This document shows positions 50,868 through 64,000 of a stretch of DNA of 64,000 nt, one piece after another. The notes under the pieces were generated by a model. That model did not search any database. It had not been told where the DNA came from and saw only the letters and a program-made list of their open reading frames with translations. A program made the position numbers and the translations under genes. Each line of letters begins with the position of its first letter. Positions within the stretch are counted from its first letter, which is position 1. Origin of the DNA: Ramazzottius varieornatus (Eukaryota; Animalia; Tardigrada); NCBI GenBank assembly GCA_001949185.1, contig BDGG01000005.1, positions 1,849,249-1,913,248 on the forward strand, written 5' to 3'.

Positions 50868-53800
50868 CTATAGTTTCGTCGTTGACAGATCGGCAAAATC
50901 ATCGTCAAAGTCTTCCTCTTCGAATTTTCTTTGCAGCTCCAGTAATTCCACGTTACCTGTCAATTATCGAAGAGGTACTGAATGAACGTTTTATTTTATT
51001 CCATTACGTCTAAAACAGTCTTGCGTACCATCTTCTCCCATGAGCCAGTAGGTCTTCATGGCACCTTTGCCTTTGACAAAAATTTCCCCGCGTTCGACCA
51101 TGCGGAAACTGCCGAACGTTTCCAGAATATTTTTGGTCATCGAGCTCAGCTGTATTTTCCAAGCTGTTCAGCAAAATCGATCAATGTCCAAGGTTCTCCT
51201 GCACCGGTATAATTTAAGAAACATACCTTCGCCACTAGTTAGCATCCGCGAACAAATACTGATAGTGTCTCCGAACAAGCAAAAATGTGGTATCATAACA
51301 CCTGCGCCACAGACAAAATCCTATTAATAGTTGGGCATTACCTAACATACAGAAAACGAGGCTTGACAAACTCACCCACGACTCCGGCAACAATGGGTCC
51401 AGAATGAACTCCAATACGTAGCTTGACTTGATCGTCCGGACGATGCTTTATCTTGAAGCTGTTTATCCGGAAGAGGATAGTCAAGGCCAGTCTCCCGATC
51501 TCACGAGCGTGCAGGATACCGTTTCGCGTAGGTAAACCGGAAACAATCTGCCAGCATCGAGATCATAAGCTACCACCTTTTGGGTCTCCTCCAAGCAGAA
51601 ATCTTACCAGTGTCACATCATTCAGGGATTCGATCTTATACGCATCAAACTTCACGATGATTTCGTCGTAGAAGGCGTACAGGTCGTTGAGGAACTCGAT
51701 GACTTGCAGTGGTGTGCTTTCCGATGCCATTACGGAACTACGGGGAACAAAGTCAGTTTCCCGACAATCGAATATGGTGAATGTTTGACCGCGGTACTCA
51801 CAAGCCCAAGATATCCATAAACGCTACCGTAACCAACTCGAAGCTTTCGGGATTAGGCCTTGTACCTTTCTTCAACGTATCCGCAATTTCCCTGTCCAGA
51901 AAAAATGACCATGCTACGTATATTTAGGTTGGATGATCAGAAGAAATCAAACCTACTTCGGCAGAATTTTGTGCAGCAATGTATCGCTACGCAGCTTTTC
52001 GTCCAACAGGTCGCGACCTTTTTCGTCGACGATGGCTTGTAGCCTCGAAGACTGTTCTTCCATTTGAAGCAGCAAAGTATCAAGAATATTAGAGTGATCT
52101 GTCATCCCGCTGAATAGACAGAAGCATTGATCAGACACTTTCCACCCGATGGTAGCACAAATGCGAATCAATTCCTCACAGTAATCTTCCTTGTTCGCGT
52201 AAGACTTTCCGTAAGTCAGCCACAGACGGTCTTTTCAGTGGCTCAACGCTATAGCACTTGTTGCACAGGCCGATCAGTTCTGCCGAACAAGCACTCTCTT
52301 CTATGATCGGCTTGAATGATGCCTGTCCTTTCTCTGTACTTTTCTTCACGTGCTCCAACAGCTCTGAAAAAAGTATAAAATCACCGTGATTCGTGAGCCA
52401 CGTTTTCAGGGGCTACATGGGTAAATGAGTTAAACCCAATCTTTTCTCCAAGTGGCGCACATTTTCAGCCAGTAACAACGTACGGGTGCGCCACCACAGA
52501 TAACGATGCGGTTCAGTTCATTGGCGAATTTAGGTCCACATATGATGAACAATCTTACCGCCGGGTTCCATTCCGTAAGTGCTGAACGGTCTGGCTCGGA
52601 GAATGACTTCCTGCATGATGATCCCAAAGCTGTAGACGTCACCTGCGGTACTGACAGAATTGATGGCTTCGGTCTGGGTAGAAGCTTCTCGGACAAGATG
52701 CTCAGGTGCTTTCCAGACTTGCGCTAGCCGGTACTCCGGATCACGTCGCGCACCCCACAGTTCTGCTACTGTCAGATCGTAGAAAGCATCCATCCCGTAG
52801 TCCGTCAGCTTCAGAAGGAAGGCCGAGTCGATAAAGCAGCACAGGGAGTTTAGTCGGCCATGGACTTTCAACGACGACCCGTGGATATATTGCAGACTCT
52901 TGATGCAGTCGTTGATGAAACTGAAGCGGACGATCCAGTCCATTTTGAACTTCGGGCTGGCTATTGCGCTCTACGGGAAGAGAATACCCGTATTATTGTC
53001 GCCAATGACTATTCCGGTGTATTTCGTTCGTATGGAGATACATCAAAGTCCACCTACAGGAAATGGAACGCACGTACAAAAAGGTTGCCCTTGGAGCAAA
53101 ACTCGTACAGCATGAGGATGTGCTCCTTCTCGAAGCAAGCGCCGAGGAAAGGCACCAGGTGCGGGTGCTCCATCCGAAGTACTTGCTGAGCTTGCTTCAA
53201 GACGCCTTTTGTAAGGCGAAGCTGTGTCTTTTTGCTGTATCGGACCGTGATAGGTTGGCCATTCCAGAAAGCGGTGGCGCCCACCCTCTCACGACCCATC
53301 GACTCGCCTAACGCAGACAACTCGAAAAACCGTACATTGTACCGCCCATCAAATTTCAAATCTCAGACCATGAATAAGGTCTGTAAGTAATACTTACCCA
53401 TACCTGAGGAGAAAAAGAGAAAAAACCAGGTGAACTTTCCATCAAAACAGGAAAAGCACTTTTGGCTTGACGGAAGTTGCTTACTCATTCCGCCCATGGA
53501 TGCGCCCATGGAAGCTCCCATCGACGCCCCGCTAACCGTTTCCCTGTTCACGGCAGCCAACTGAGCCAGCTTTTTTTTGTCCTTGTCCTTCTCTTTTTCC
53601 TCTTCCTTCCGATGAATCTTTAGCTCCGACCATTTGGCAACCCAAGCCTCGTCTTCGGCTTTTTGAGCCTGCATCCGCTTGCGGAAGTACATGAGGCCTG
53701 CAACGAGCATGGCGCAGCCTGGCAGACCAATACCCAGTCCGATGTCCGTCCACGGTATCTGTGCTGTTAAACGCAAGGTCCAGTCAATGAATCAACAAGG

Positions 53801-55938
53801 GCGCAGACAAGGGATCCCGGAGAAAAACGACTTGAAAAATTCTTACGTTGACAACGAGCCGCAGTGCCGTCATAGTCACAGAACGGCTCGTTGGGAGGAG
53901 CGCTGCCCCCAATCCACATGATCGAAACATTCTCCATATCCTTGAACGTGCCCCGAGAACCAACGTATGATCCAACCAACTGTCACAGAAAAATATGAGG
54001 ATGATACGATCTAATTCGAATCTCCAACAATTCGACTGAACCAACCTTAAAACTGTAGGTGTCGTCGGTTACAGCGTACAAGCTGAAATCCTCATCGCGG
54101 TCGCCGTTCGACATGATGAACATGTTACCGCTGGCGCCTGAAACAACACGATAATGTACGTTATTACTTCTGGGAAACAGTCCCAAGCTATTAGTGCGTC
54201 ATAGTACCAGGAACTACGGTTCTTCCCCACAGTATAGTGGAAACAGGTAGGGTGTATGCAGAGTTGGATTCCGTCAGGCGGCCTCTCAAGTTGTCTTGCT
54301 GGCTGGCAATGTTGTAGGTCAAGGCGGCATACATAATACAGTCGTAGTAAGCAGCTGCGTAGTACGACAGCTCCCAAGCCGGATTGTAGAACTTTGTAAG
54401 ATCGGCCTGGGTAGCCGACAAGTTGGCAAAGTGCTTGTTGGCTGTCTGGTTTACGCGGATCCACTCTGGATAATTCCGCTTTTCTTCCAGGGTGATGACC
54501 AATAGTGCTTGATAAGCCGCTTTCGCCTTATCGTCCAAACCGTCACCTGCGATGCGAAACAAAGCCTGGGACTTTCTTTCGATCGGCTTATGCGGTGTGC
54601 AGTTGTGCCTCACCTTGTGCCCAGCCTGAATCTGGATACATAACGCCGGCTTTCAGAACATCCAGTGTGAAGAAAACGTAGCTTCCGTCGATCATGCCGG
54701 CGTCATATGCTTGAATCATCATTTCTCTCAGAACATCCGGGTTTGCAAGAAGAACGTATACTGTCCCAACAAACGGCTTTAGTATTTGATACAAAAATGA
54801 CGGCTCTGTACAGCAGGTGACTTGATCTGGAATGTGGTCCATTTCATCCGTCCAAAAGAGGGGGTGTACACTTACTTCGGGCAAAATTTCTCCCTTTATC
54901 GAAATAACTGGTGAAGTTGGTTTCCATTACGGGAATAGAATCGTGTATTTCTCTCAAGATTACATCCGTTTTTGGCGATTTCTGAATTGCGTTGACCAAG
55001 CCTGTTGAATAAACCAAACAGTCATCGAGCCGTTATCCGAAAATCCGACGAAGAAAACTGGAAAGCTGGATGGGCGGCAAACAATCTCGGGATGATCGTT
55101 ATCTCAAGTGGCGCACGTTGCCAGCCAACCACAATGGAAGCTGCGCCTTTTGAGGTGAGGATCATCTCGAGAGTGTGTGCCAGCCTCAACTGATCACTGC
55201 GGGTAAAGAATAAAAGATGAGTGGTTACCAACTTAGAGCACTGGAAGTCCAAAAACGGAGAGTAGAGTAGTAAATCGCAAAGCTGGACCAATGGTGATCC
55301 CGAGTGAAGGTTATGAAGGTGCTCCACTGCGAGAAGGTGTTGTACGAGCATCGACTAAGGTACGGATACTGTGCTGTGGAATCCACGTTCTCTCCACCTC
55401 CCGTCACGATGTTCGTGGGAAAAGCCGTGGTCGTCGTACAAGCTTGTAGCATGTCCGCCGTACAAGCTGGTCCTACCAACAAATGTCCCGCCATTCCTGT
55501 GGTGGGGATCGTTGTCCATGTCGATTTGCCCAGTAAGAGCTCCAGACTTTTCTGATAGGATGCCCAGTTACGGTCAACTGTCACACCATCATTCACACCA
55601 GCTTCGCACGTTCTGTAATTATTCATTTGAGGTATGAACTTGACTCGGTACTTCCACAGAGCGTCTTTGAGAGCACTGTAGATTGCTGGTAGTAGAGCGT
55701 AGGCGTTATGAGCTGAGTCGGAAACGTTGCCACATCGCTCGGATATGACTACTCCTACGTAGACGCTGATCGGTGTGGGATACATGATTGGAGTGAAGTT
55801 GACCAGTCTGGACTGATCAACGGCTCCGCCAAGGGCCACTGTACCAAAAGCTGCGTTGTCTGGGGCGACAAAGGCCGTACGGGCAAGCACAAGTATCCCC
55901 GTCATGATCAGCATTTTCCAACCCAGAATGCTACACAT
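50868..55938 (-). CDS. Receptor (transmembrane) guanylate cyclase: ANF-receptor-type ectodomain, TM, kinase-homology domain, cyclase domain
   Basis: Signal peptide; LVGPAC; [19 protein letters not shown]; [22 protein letters not shown]; [38 protein letters not shown]; cyclase [33 protein letters not shown]. Stop 50868-50870. Confidence 0.92.
52408..52538. mobile_element. Family A foldback element (guanylate cyclase intron)
   Basis: CTCCAAGTGGCGCAC-ATTTTCAGCCAGTAACAACGTACGG-GTGCGCCAC. Confidence 0.8.
55070..55188. mobile_element. Family A foldback element (guanylate cyclase intron)
   Basis: GGCAAACAATCTCGGGATGATC..CTCAAGTGGCGCAC-N24-CTGCGCCTTTTGAG..GATCATCTCGAGAGTGTGTGCC. Confidence 0.8.
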
Positions 55939-56230
55939 CTCAAGCAAAGACTATGGAACTTTTTCGCCAAAGAAAGCAGAAACCATGTCCATTCTAAACT
56001 GACTCACGTATATGGGATACGTATCCCATTGTTCCACCTCCCTCTGCCGCAAGAGCTTGGCAACTCAAGATGGAAGATACTATAGAAAACACTTCGCATC
56101 CGATGCGGATAAACTAATGGAGAAATTTCAACACATCATCAATAATAGATTGTTTTTATGTTTTGGTTCGAGGTAAGTTCTACCGAGGTACGAGCACACG
56201 GAGGATTGGTAAGAATGACGAAGTTCCAGT

Positions 56231-57471
56231 TCAGCTTCCAACAGGGATTTTCTTTCTATTTTTGTTGCATGATGCTTCTTCGTGTTTGGTCAAGTAACTC
56301 TTCAGAGCGAAGGCTTTCTGACAGGTTTGGCAAACGAATGGTTTCTCATTTGAATGAGTCTGTAGGAAAAAATGGACAATTCGTAATGTGGCACCAGGGT
56401 TCAGAAAGAAATGTTTCACAAGTTTATGCGCAAGTAGGAGCTTACATGTAAAGACGTACCTGTATGTGGGCCCTCAAATTCGACTTGTCGGCAAAATTCT
56501 TCTCGCATTTGTGGCACTGGAAGGGCCTTTCACCGGAATGGGTTCTAAGATGGCCCTACAACGATAAACCACTACGAGCCACCCATTGTGCGCTGGTTTT
56601 TTTCAACCTGTAGGCTGAGCTCCTACTCCGAGCTGCATAATGGGACCGCAAAAAGTATGTGTTGTGCCTACCTGGAGAAGCCACTGACGGCTGAATCGCT
56701 TCTTGCAGTGGGGGCATTCGCAACTCTGAAGATGAGTCTGAACATGCTGCAAAGACAAAACCGACGAGTCTTCGAGTCTTAAGTGGTTTTAAGAATTTTG
56801 AGTGAGGGAGTTACCATGTTGTAAGCTGGGGAAGATACGTAAACTCGATCGCAATGAGGACACTTGCGAGCTTTCTGGTCCGACAAGCTGCGATGCGTCT
56901 GCCGATGGCGTGTCAAGTTGCTGGCAGTTGTATAAACCTTTCCACATTCTGGACAAGCGAAATGGCTTTCCGAGCATCCAGTATCGTGCGAGGAGCTGTC
57001 GTGGTGCTCTTCTTTAGGCCCATCTTTGAGCTCTGGTTCCTCTGATACTACGAAATCACCTTCTTCTACCAGGTTTCGCTTTGTTCTTTTGGTTCGGATA
57101 GGCCGCGGTGTTTTGGCGTTAGAAACTCTGGAATCTGGGGATGCGGAAATGGGTGATGGTTGGAGTCTCTTACGACGTGGGCGGTTCTGCGAGGCTGGTG
57201 AGGTGTGTGCATACGTAGCTGACACCTGTGCCGAATCAAAGACGGGTTGAACCGATGGGGCGGTGACAGGTAAAGATGGTTCAACAGGTTGTTTCAATGC
57301 CACCTGTGAGCAAGACAGATTCAGAGCCACTTCCGACGATCCCGTGCATGGACTGCATTTCGGCGATACTTTTCCCGATGGAATCAGAGCACTTTCAAAA
57401 CCACTGCAGAAAGGCACAGATTTCCGCACCAGTCCATAACGTTTACTGGAGAATAAAAACGCTCTCGGCAT
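56231..57471 (-). CDS. scrt: Scratch-family (Snail superfamily) C2H2 zinc-finger transcription factor
   Basis: SNAG-like MPRAFL; [41 protein letters not shown]; [20 protein letters not shown]; [15 protein letters not shown]; [15 protein letters not shown]. Confidence 0.92.
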
Positions 57472-58262
57472 TTTTGGATGGGGAAAACAATTGAGAATAA
57501 TTTACGAATAACATAAACGGATTACTCTCTGCAAATAACGATGGAAATTCAACCGTATGGAAAGGATTTCCAGACAGCAGAAGCGACAACCTGCTGGAAT
57601 TTCGGCAACTGCTTGCTTCATCCGAAGCTTTTGAAGTGCAGAGCAGATACTGTATCACATCTTCTCTTGGTCTATGGGTTTCTTTCAGAAGCCCTGCTTG
57701 ATGACCTTCCTTCTTCTCAAAGATAGAGAAAGTTTAAAATTACGCCGACGCATCTGTTACATGTTTGAGAACAGAGTCTGGGGGAAGCAGCTAGATGAAT
57801 CAACAGCTGATGGACAAGCCTGGGCTGTAAGGGATGGAAAGAGCTGTGTAATTGACTGCGCATCTCGAGCTCTGATCTGTGCCACCCAAGAACTATTCTT
57901 AGCTTCTGAATGAAAGCCAGGGCCTGCACGGAGGATGTTCTGTTATTGATGAAGAAGCATTTCAATTTGGTGCGGAATGAGACTAACAGTTGTCTGCACA
58001 GTCACAGCGCACAGTAAGTTAGACTCGTTCAACCATTCCAGAGTGCCTTCTGAATTTAAACTATTTTTACGCAACGACATTGCTGAAACAGCGGAGAAGA
58101 CGCTGGATAGGATGTCACCTACTGCATAAACAGTCTGGTGTTTTTCTGGCAACCAACTTGCTGTAAGCAACAAGTGGGGAGTTTCCACCAGCTGGGAATT
58201 CGAGAGTTTCCTGGCAATCGTCCTTTGCACTATCCTCAATTTCCTTTAAACAAAATTCAACT

Positions 58263-59970
58263 ATGGGCGACCTCAGTCAAAATCGTGGGCAAGTTGACTA
58301 CAGCAACCGCAAACTCACTCGTGTACCAAGAGAACTATTAGAGCAAGAGGATATTCAAGTGAGCCTTACATATACTTTCTGGTTCGTGGTTGTGATGTTA
58401 CGATGGCTGATTGAAGTGTGTTGCTGATTTTGTAGCTGCTTACTTTAAGGAATAATCAGCTTGAAATCCTCCCGGTGGAGTTGTTCCATCAGCTTCGGTC
58501 TCTGACATGGTTAGACTTGCGCAAGAACCAGCTCGAGGAAATACCGGTGGAGATCGGCATGTTACAAGACCTGCGATGCCTTCTGTTGAACGATAACCTT
58601 CTCATCAGCCTGCCGAATGAACTTAGTTAGTCGGTAAAAATTGTTCCACTTTTTATCTTAATAGCCGAAACTATGATAAAAATATATGGGAGCCGGCAGT
58701 TGAGTTGAGCCAGATCGCTGTATCGAGTGGCTCACGGTTTCGTTGTCATAGGCTGCAGCGTGCGCCACTTGCGAAGACGATCCGATTCGTGTCATTTGGC
58801 CAGCTCCCACGTATTTCAGCATGAAAATGTTACGTGGGTATCTTACCGCAGGCTTCTGCGAGTCCTTGGTTGGACTGCATCTTGCCGGTAACCCCATCCA
58901 GTATCCGCCCGAAGCCGTCTGGCGAAAAGGCTGTGCTGCCATCTTGTCCTTCTTACGTCTGCATCAACAGAATTCAAACCATGATCTTTACGACGAACCC
59001 TCCAAAACTAACAACCAAACAGGTACTTCATCGTTATATTAATAGAATTTTGGAAGCTAAAAGTAGTTTTCCTAAATGGGGAGCTCGGCAGACAAATTCG
59101 ACAAACATCGTTTCTCCAAGTGGCGCACGTTTTCGGCCAGTAACACAAGAAGTGTGCGCCACTTGGGGAAACAATGATATCGGGTTTGTCAGATAAAGAT
59201 AATTTTCAGTTTGATACATATTCTCATTACCTTGCGTCCAGCAGAACCGTTTCCGAAGAAAGGGCAGAGTCCCAGTCAGTATGATCTATGGGGCAAGTCG
59301 TTCAAACCACGGAAGGTGAGCTCATCTGCGGCGGTTTCCGCAGCCAGAAAGCCTTCAAGGCTGCAGCTCGCTGCAAAAAGCTCAGCCTTTCTGGATTCGG
59401 ACTGCCGGATAAAGCTTCGGAAGCCACATTTGCCAACAACCAAAGACATCACTGCAAAAGGAGAACTTTTGAAAGCACAAAAGGCAGAAAGAGGATTCAA
59501 GACGAACGTGACCAAAACGTTAGAAGAACGACGGTTAGTTTGATCGGTTGCAGTTTTCTTTTGCGGAATTTACCTGTGAAAGTGCCTTTTGTTGCAGGAG
59601 GATTGAGAAGGACCAGCAATGGCGAACTGAAACCAGGAAACGACAGATGGAGATGGACCGAATAATCCAAGGCGGGGACATCGAAATACTTCCGGTTGAG
59701 GTGCCGTACGGGAGACTGGGTGACGAGATGCCACAGGTTAGGACAAGGAAGCGTCCGGAAGGACAAACGGCACCGAGTGTCTACAGTCTCAGTGAACTGA
59801 GGTCTGGCAAAGAAGTGTCGGACATTCGAAGTCAGATACGGAACTTAGTCCAGAAGATGAACCTTGAACAGAACGATGCTTCCAAGCTCACCGATTCCGG
59901 CGAAACTTTAGCTAGAGCCGAAGATTATATATCGAGTTTACACAAAATGAGCAGGTTACTGATCGGATGA
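58263..59970 (+). CDS. Leucine-rich repeat protein, LRRC27-like, multi-exon (3' end uncertain)
   Basis: MGDLSQNRGQVDYSNRKLTRVPRELL; LYLRNNQLEILP; LTWLDLRKNQLEEIPVEIG; LHLAGNPIQYPPEAVWRKGCAAILSFLR; coiled-coil C-terminus. Confidence 0.8.
58686..58809. mobile_element. Family A foldback element (LRRC27-like intron)
   Basis: ATGGGAGCCGGC...GAGTGGCTCAC-N24-GTGCGCCACTTG...GCCAGCTCCCA. Confidence 0.85.
59076..59190. mobile_element. Family A foldback element, right arm truncated (LRRC27-like intron)
   Basis: ATGGGGAGCTCGGCAGACAAATTCGAC..CCAAGTGGCGCAC-N25-GTGCGCCACTTGGGG. Confidence 0.85.
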
Positions 59971-62391
59971 ATAACCTTTGAGGGTAAAAGCGTCAAATTG
60001 AAACGTCGATTATCCAGAGAAAAAACCAGTACAGGAGGAGTAAGCACGTATGACCCAGTGGTCTCAAACGGCGCGACATGTATCAAGTATGCATTACGTT
60101 AACAGAAACACTTTTTATGTAAGATAGACAACACTGTAATTCGCTACGTCATAGGCTTTATTTTAATTACGAGTGTCTCATGCTTTTCTATGGATGCGCC
60201 GTCTGAGACTACTGGGTCACACATTTCCTCACTGGGTCACACATGCTTACTCCCCCTGTACTGCAGAAGGATATAAAGTTAAGGACCGAATCAAACGCCG
60301 ATGTGACCAAACTTCGGGAGTTCGACTTCGGGTTTAATGACCATAAATCTACCTCACTCGTACTTGTTGTTCTGTAGAGTGTAACAATGTCGAAGCAGAT
60401 TAGCACAATTGCACATAAGGGATAATTTGCACTGTAGAGCTGTAGTACCGCGCCTTGCTGGAAGCTAAAACACATGTTCAAGTGATTGATTGTTTGCGTT
60501 CGACGAATATCGAGGCGGAGCAAATGCTCCTTACGTCATCGACCATAAAACGAGTACCATAAAAGCTCCAGAAAATCCACGAAATGCCGGTCCAGTTTAT
60601 TACAGTGACCAACCCGCGTCTACAGAGCAAGCATGGAAAAAAAAGAATTAAAAAAATTCAGCCGAACAGGAATCGTGTATGTGTCCGCAAACTGTTTCGA
60701 ATGCGTATGTTACTGGAAGTCCCTGGTGCTTGTTGGGGACAAGATCTGCAATTGCATAAACCTTTCCGTCGAACTCCGGCGGGTAAACCATTACAGCGGG
60801 CAACACTTTCCGAACTTTCTGAAGTTCCGAAATGCGATAATATGTCTGCTGCGATGCGGGTTACAGCATTCTGCAATTGATGATTCGTAAAAAAAGCAGA
60901 TCATGACTTGATCCCCCGTCCTTCGCCATAAATGCTGATGGGCGTTCCTCACTTATCTTATGTTATCTACGGTGAGTGCTGAGTCAGCCCGCATTTTGGT
61001 ACGCCGTGGTTTGCAAACGGCGCGGTACTGCAGCTCTACAGTGCTAATTTGTACACTGATTGCTTGATGACGATCCGTCGATCACCCACTAAATTTTTGA
61101 ATCAAATTTTACAGGGCTGTTACGTCACTGCGGATACGATCAGGCCGAAACTGGCCAGTGGCCTTACGTTCACGTCAGAGGACCAGTCGGGATGTATAGG
61201 GCGCTCGCACCAACTTGCTACCACCTGTTACTTCCATTGCTTCTTTTCCGCCTGCTCTTTCACACTATCCACACAACTTTCAAGCTGTTTCGATTGACAT
61301 ACGAGCCGTTTTATAATAGTGAACAACAGCTTGAAGAATTCGACTAGTGTGACTTCCGGTGGGGAAGGCCTTTCGTGACGACTAAAACTGTTGTCCACAG
61401 GACCCCATGTCAGAGTTTCGATCCGACATCTGCTATCAACAGGCAAACAACTGTCTTCGTTGTACGTCAGAAATTGAAAAGGTCCACAGGAAAATAAAGA
61501 CGACTTAGCAAATGAATTTCAAACAGCAAATTCGGCCATTTTGTCGGGAAACCTTGCTCTACGAAAAAAATTCCCGCTTTTGACCTGATCGGCAGATTTA
61601 TGATTTTGACCACTTTTCTAGTGACCCAGCTCGTGATCGAACTGTTTTGAATTGTAGTGCGGCATGACTTGAGCGGAAAACTGAAAAACTGGTTTTTGGA
61701 AACGACCCAAAAACTGCGAAAGTTGATAGACTTTTGGCTTCTCTCCTCCTCCAGCTTAATGTTGGTCACGACTCCTCCTAAAAATTCTGGTCGGTAATTT
61801 TTTACGAGGTTGCAAACAGAATGTGCAAACAGGAAAAACTAGTTCGAAAGTTGAGTAATGATTCAAGTCGAAAAAGCCATGCTTTCATGGGTGGTAGCCA
61901 GTTGGTGCGAGCGCCCCGTAACTGTTCAGTGTACGACAAAATAAACCGTTAAAAATGGGTGTTGGATCGAGCCAGATGGATGAAGCCAATGTAATTTGCG
62001 CATGCAGCAAAATATAATTCTCATTGGCCGATTCGTAAATAATCTCCAGCTGCAGTATTACGCCCATTTTGAACGGCTAATTTTGTCGTACATTGTAGTT
62101 GTTCGAAACTTCCAGTAGACATTAAAAAAATAACGCTTAAGAAGCTGAGATAACAACCTCGACGATGCTAGAACAGTGAAACAGAACCAAAAATCATACT
62201 GTACTAATCTTCAACGTTCGTTTCTGTCATATGATCTATAGTACGAGGAACCAGGATCTTGGACGAAGTAAAAGAGTCCGAAAGTCGCACACGAGAAATC
62301 AGAGCTGTAAAAAACGGAACATTTCGAAAGTCACACTTTAAAGTGGTTTACGCTGCAGCTGAAAGCTTGTTGAGGCCCAGAGTTGGGTCCG

Positions 62392-64000
62392 CTATTGAGC
62401 TGGCTTCAGTACATGGTCCTTCACAAGTCTACTCATTTTATAGCTGCTCGGTACAGCCACCACGTTCTTGCCGAGATTCGGCTGGTTGAAGAAATTCTTC
62501 CAGATTGAATGAGCCTACGAAACATGTACATCTCCAGCATCCCACCCGCCACGTCATCCCACATACAAAACTCACTTGCAGGGTGCTCCGATGTCCTACA
62601 ATGAAGACACTGTGTTGAGCTCTGGTCAGCGCCACGTTCAGTCTCTTGCGGTCTTTCAAGAACCCAATGCCACCGCGGCCTGCACGAACACAGGATATGA
62701 TGATTACTTTGTTCTCTTGTCCTTGAAATCCATCAACCGTGCTGACTCGAACATTACCCCTGCAGATATTAATACCTTCTTCAAATTCAATGGCGTGGTA
62801 CACGATCTCATAGCCTTACTCAATCAGGCAGAATTCTGGTTGCAAATTAGCGAGAACAAAGTAGACACCGCACTTACAAATGGCAGGCTCTGAGGTAATC
62901 CACCAGCCGGGATCTTTGTGCCTCGTACCCGGTAATAACAGCGTAATTCTGCTGGGAACCTTCATGCGTCATACATTCGGCTAAAAACTGTCCAATAAAC
63001 TTCACTTCGTTATCGTTGAATTTGGATGTCCTACACAGTACACACAAAAGCAAAGGCAAAGGCAAAGTCACGCATGAAGGGCGCGATACACTTTTTCAGT
63101 AGCCGTACTCACCCATCCTGAGCCTCTCTCGATTCGACCAAGTTGAAGAATTTTAGCGGCAGTAGCTTCCACTTTTTCGAATTCTCGATAACTTTTCTGT
63201 CGAAGAAGAACATGCAAAGGACTCTAACGACTATCAACCACGCTTATTAGGATAACGCTACGATCTTACGGTCCAGTTTTCAAAGCTCCTCGATAAAACT
63301 CAGCCGAAGGGAATGCGCAAATGAGCGGGTGCATACGATACTGGACATCCAGCATCGGCAGCATCCTCGAAATATCATTTTCGAAGTGCATGCCGATACG
63401 CTCCAGCCACGAGCGCGCGTAGTCCACCCGGTCATTCTCCCCGTCAAGAACCGTAGCCGACAGCTGGTTCTGATCTCCGATCAAAATTAACTTCTTGACG
63501 CGCAAGATGGTCACCGGGATCAGCGTGTCCAACTGTAATGCTTGACCAGCCTGGAAACGAGCAAAATGAGGATGAGAAGTCGTGTGTTGTCAAATTGTCT
63601 ACCTCGTCAACTATGACCACGTCGAATTTGATGAGCTGGTGAATTTTCGTAACACGATACGAGGCACAGGAGTTCAACGTGGAGAGGAAAATATTTCCCC
63701 TCACATTCTCATTTAAGACAGCTGGATATCCGCACCACTTGAGAAAGTTTGGCATGCGCTCCTCGACAGAGTACTTTTTCATGTCGATGCTGATCTTCTC
63801 GCCAAAGCCCAGCCGGACTAGATCATACGTCGGGCTAACCTACGAACGAGACACAGTCTGTAAAGCTTGTACCAAATAACAGCACAATAATAAAAGAGAC
63901 TGACATCCACGAACACGGGCATGGGTTCCGCAACGGCAGTTTCATCCCCGAAGAAGAAGTCGAATAATTTCCGAAAGACGCTAGCTTCTGCCTTTTTCCG
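62392..64000 (-). CDS. Superfamily-1 Upf1-like helicase (senataxin-like), C-terminal part; 5' end beyond right edge
   Basis: FDVVIVDEAGQ, LILIGDQNQL, LDVQYRMHPLICAFPSAEFY, VITGYEAQ, STVDGFQGQENKVIIISCVR, IGFLKDRKRLNVALTRAQ. Stop TAG 62392-62394. Confidence 0.9.

Noticed and set aside
60100-62300. Short ORFs downstream of the helicase and LRR genes
   Set aside because: No coherent exon chain or protein motif; treated as UTR/intergenic.

Overview
Gene-dense eukaryotic (animal) genomic DNA with many short (~60-95 nt) spliceosomal introns. The gene set (plant-type soluble UDP-glycosyltransferases, paired astacin-like genes, receptor guanylate cyclase) and compact introns suggest a tardigrade such as Ramazzottius. 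That is an inference; no database search was run. Fourteen protein-coding genes, left to right: VWA/cache-domain protein (CACHD1/alpha2delta-like, -, runs off the left edge); AF10/AF17-like PZP protein (+); two tandem plant-type UGTs (+); CIN85/CD2AP-like SH3 adaptor (+); SLC22 transporter (-); an intronless acidic orphan ORF (+); ZNF474-like C2HC zinc-finger protein (-); L-lactate dehydrogenase (+); two astacin-like proteins lacking all zinc ligands (+); a receptor guanylate cyclase with a degenerate active site (-); Scratch (-); LRRC27-like (+). A senataxin/Upf1-like helicase (-) runs off the right edge, and a UGT pseudogene fragment lies at ~35.4-35.6 kb. The main non-genic signal is a ~125-130 bp foldback element family ('family A'), found by eye at 23 loci (28 hairpin units), 21 of them inside introns. 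Its arms and spacer are quite diverged, but it keeps two inverted boxes CAAGTGGCGCAC / GTGCGCCACTTG separated by a mostly exact 25-bp spacer. At least four other inverted-repeat elements occur, including a hAT-type MITE with a perfect 8-bp TSD nested inside a family A copy. Exon boundaries were read by eye and are approximate unless stated.
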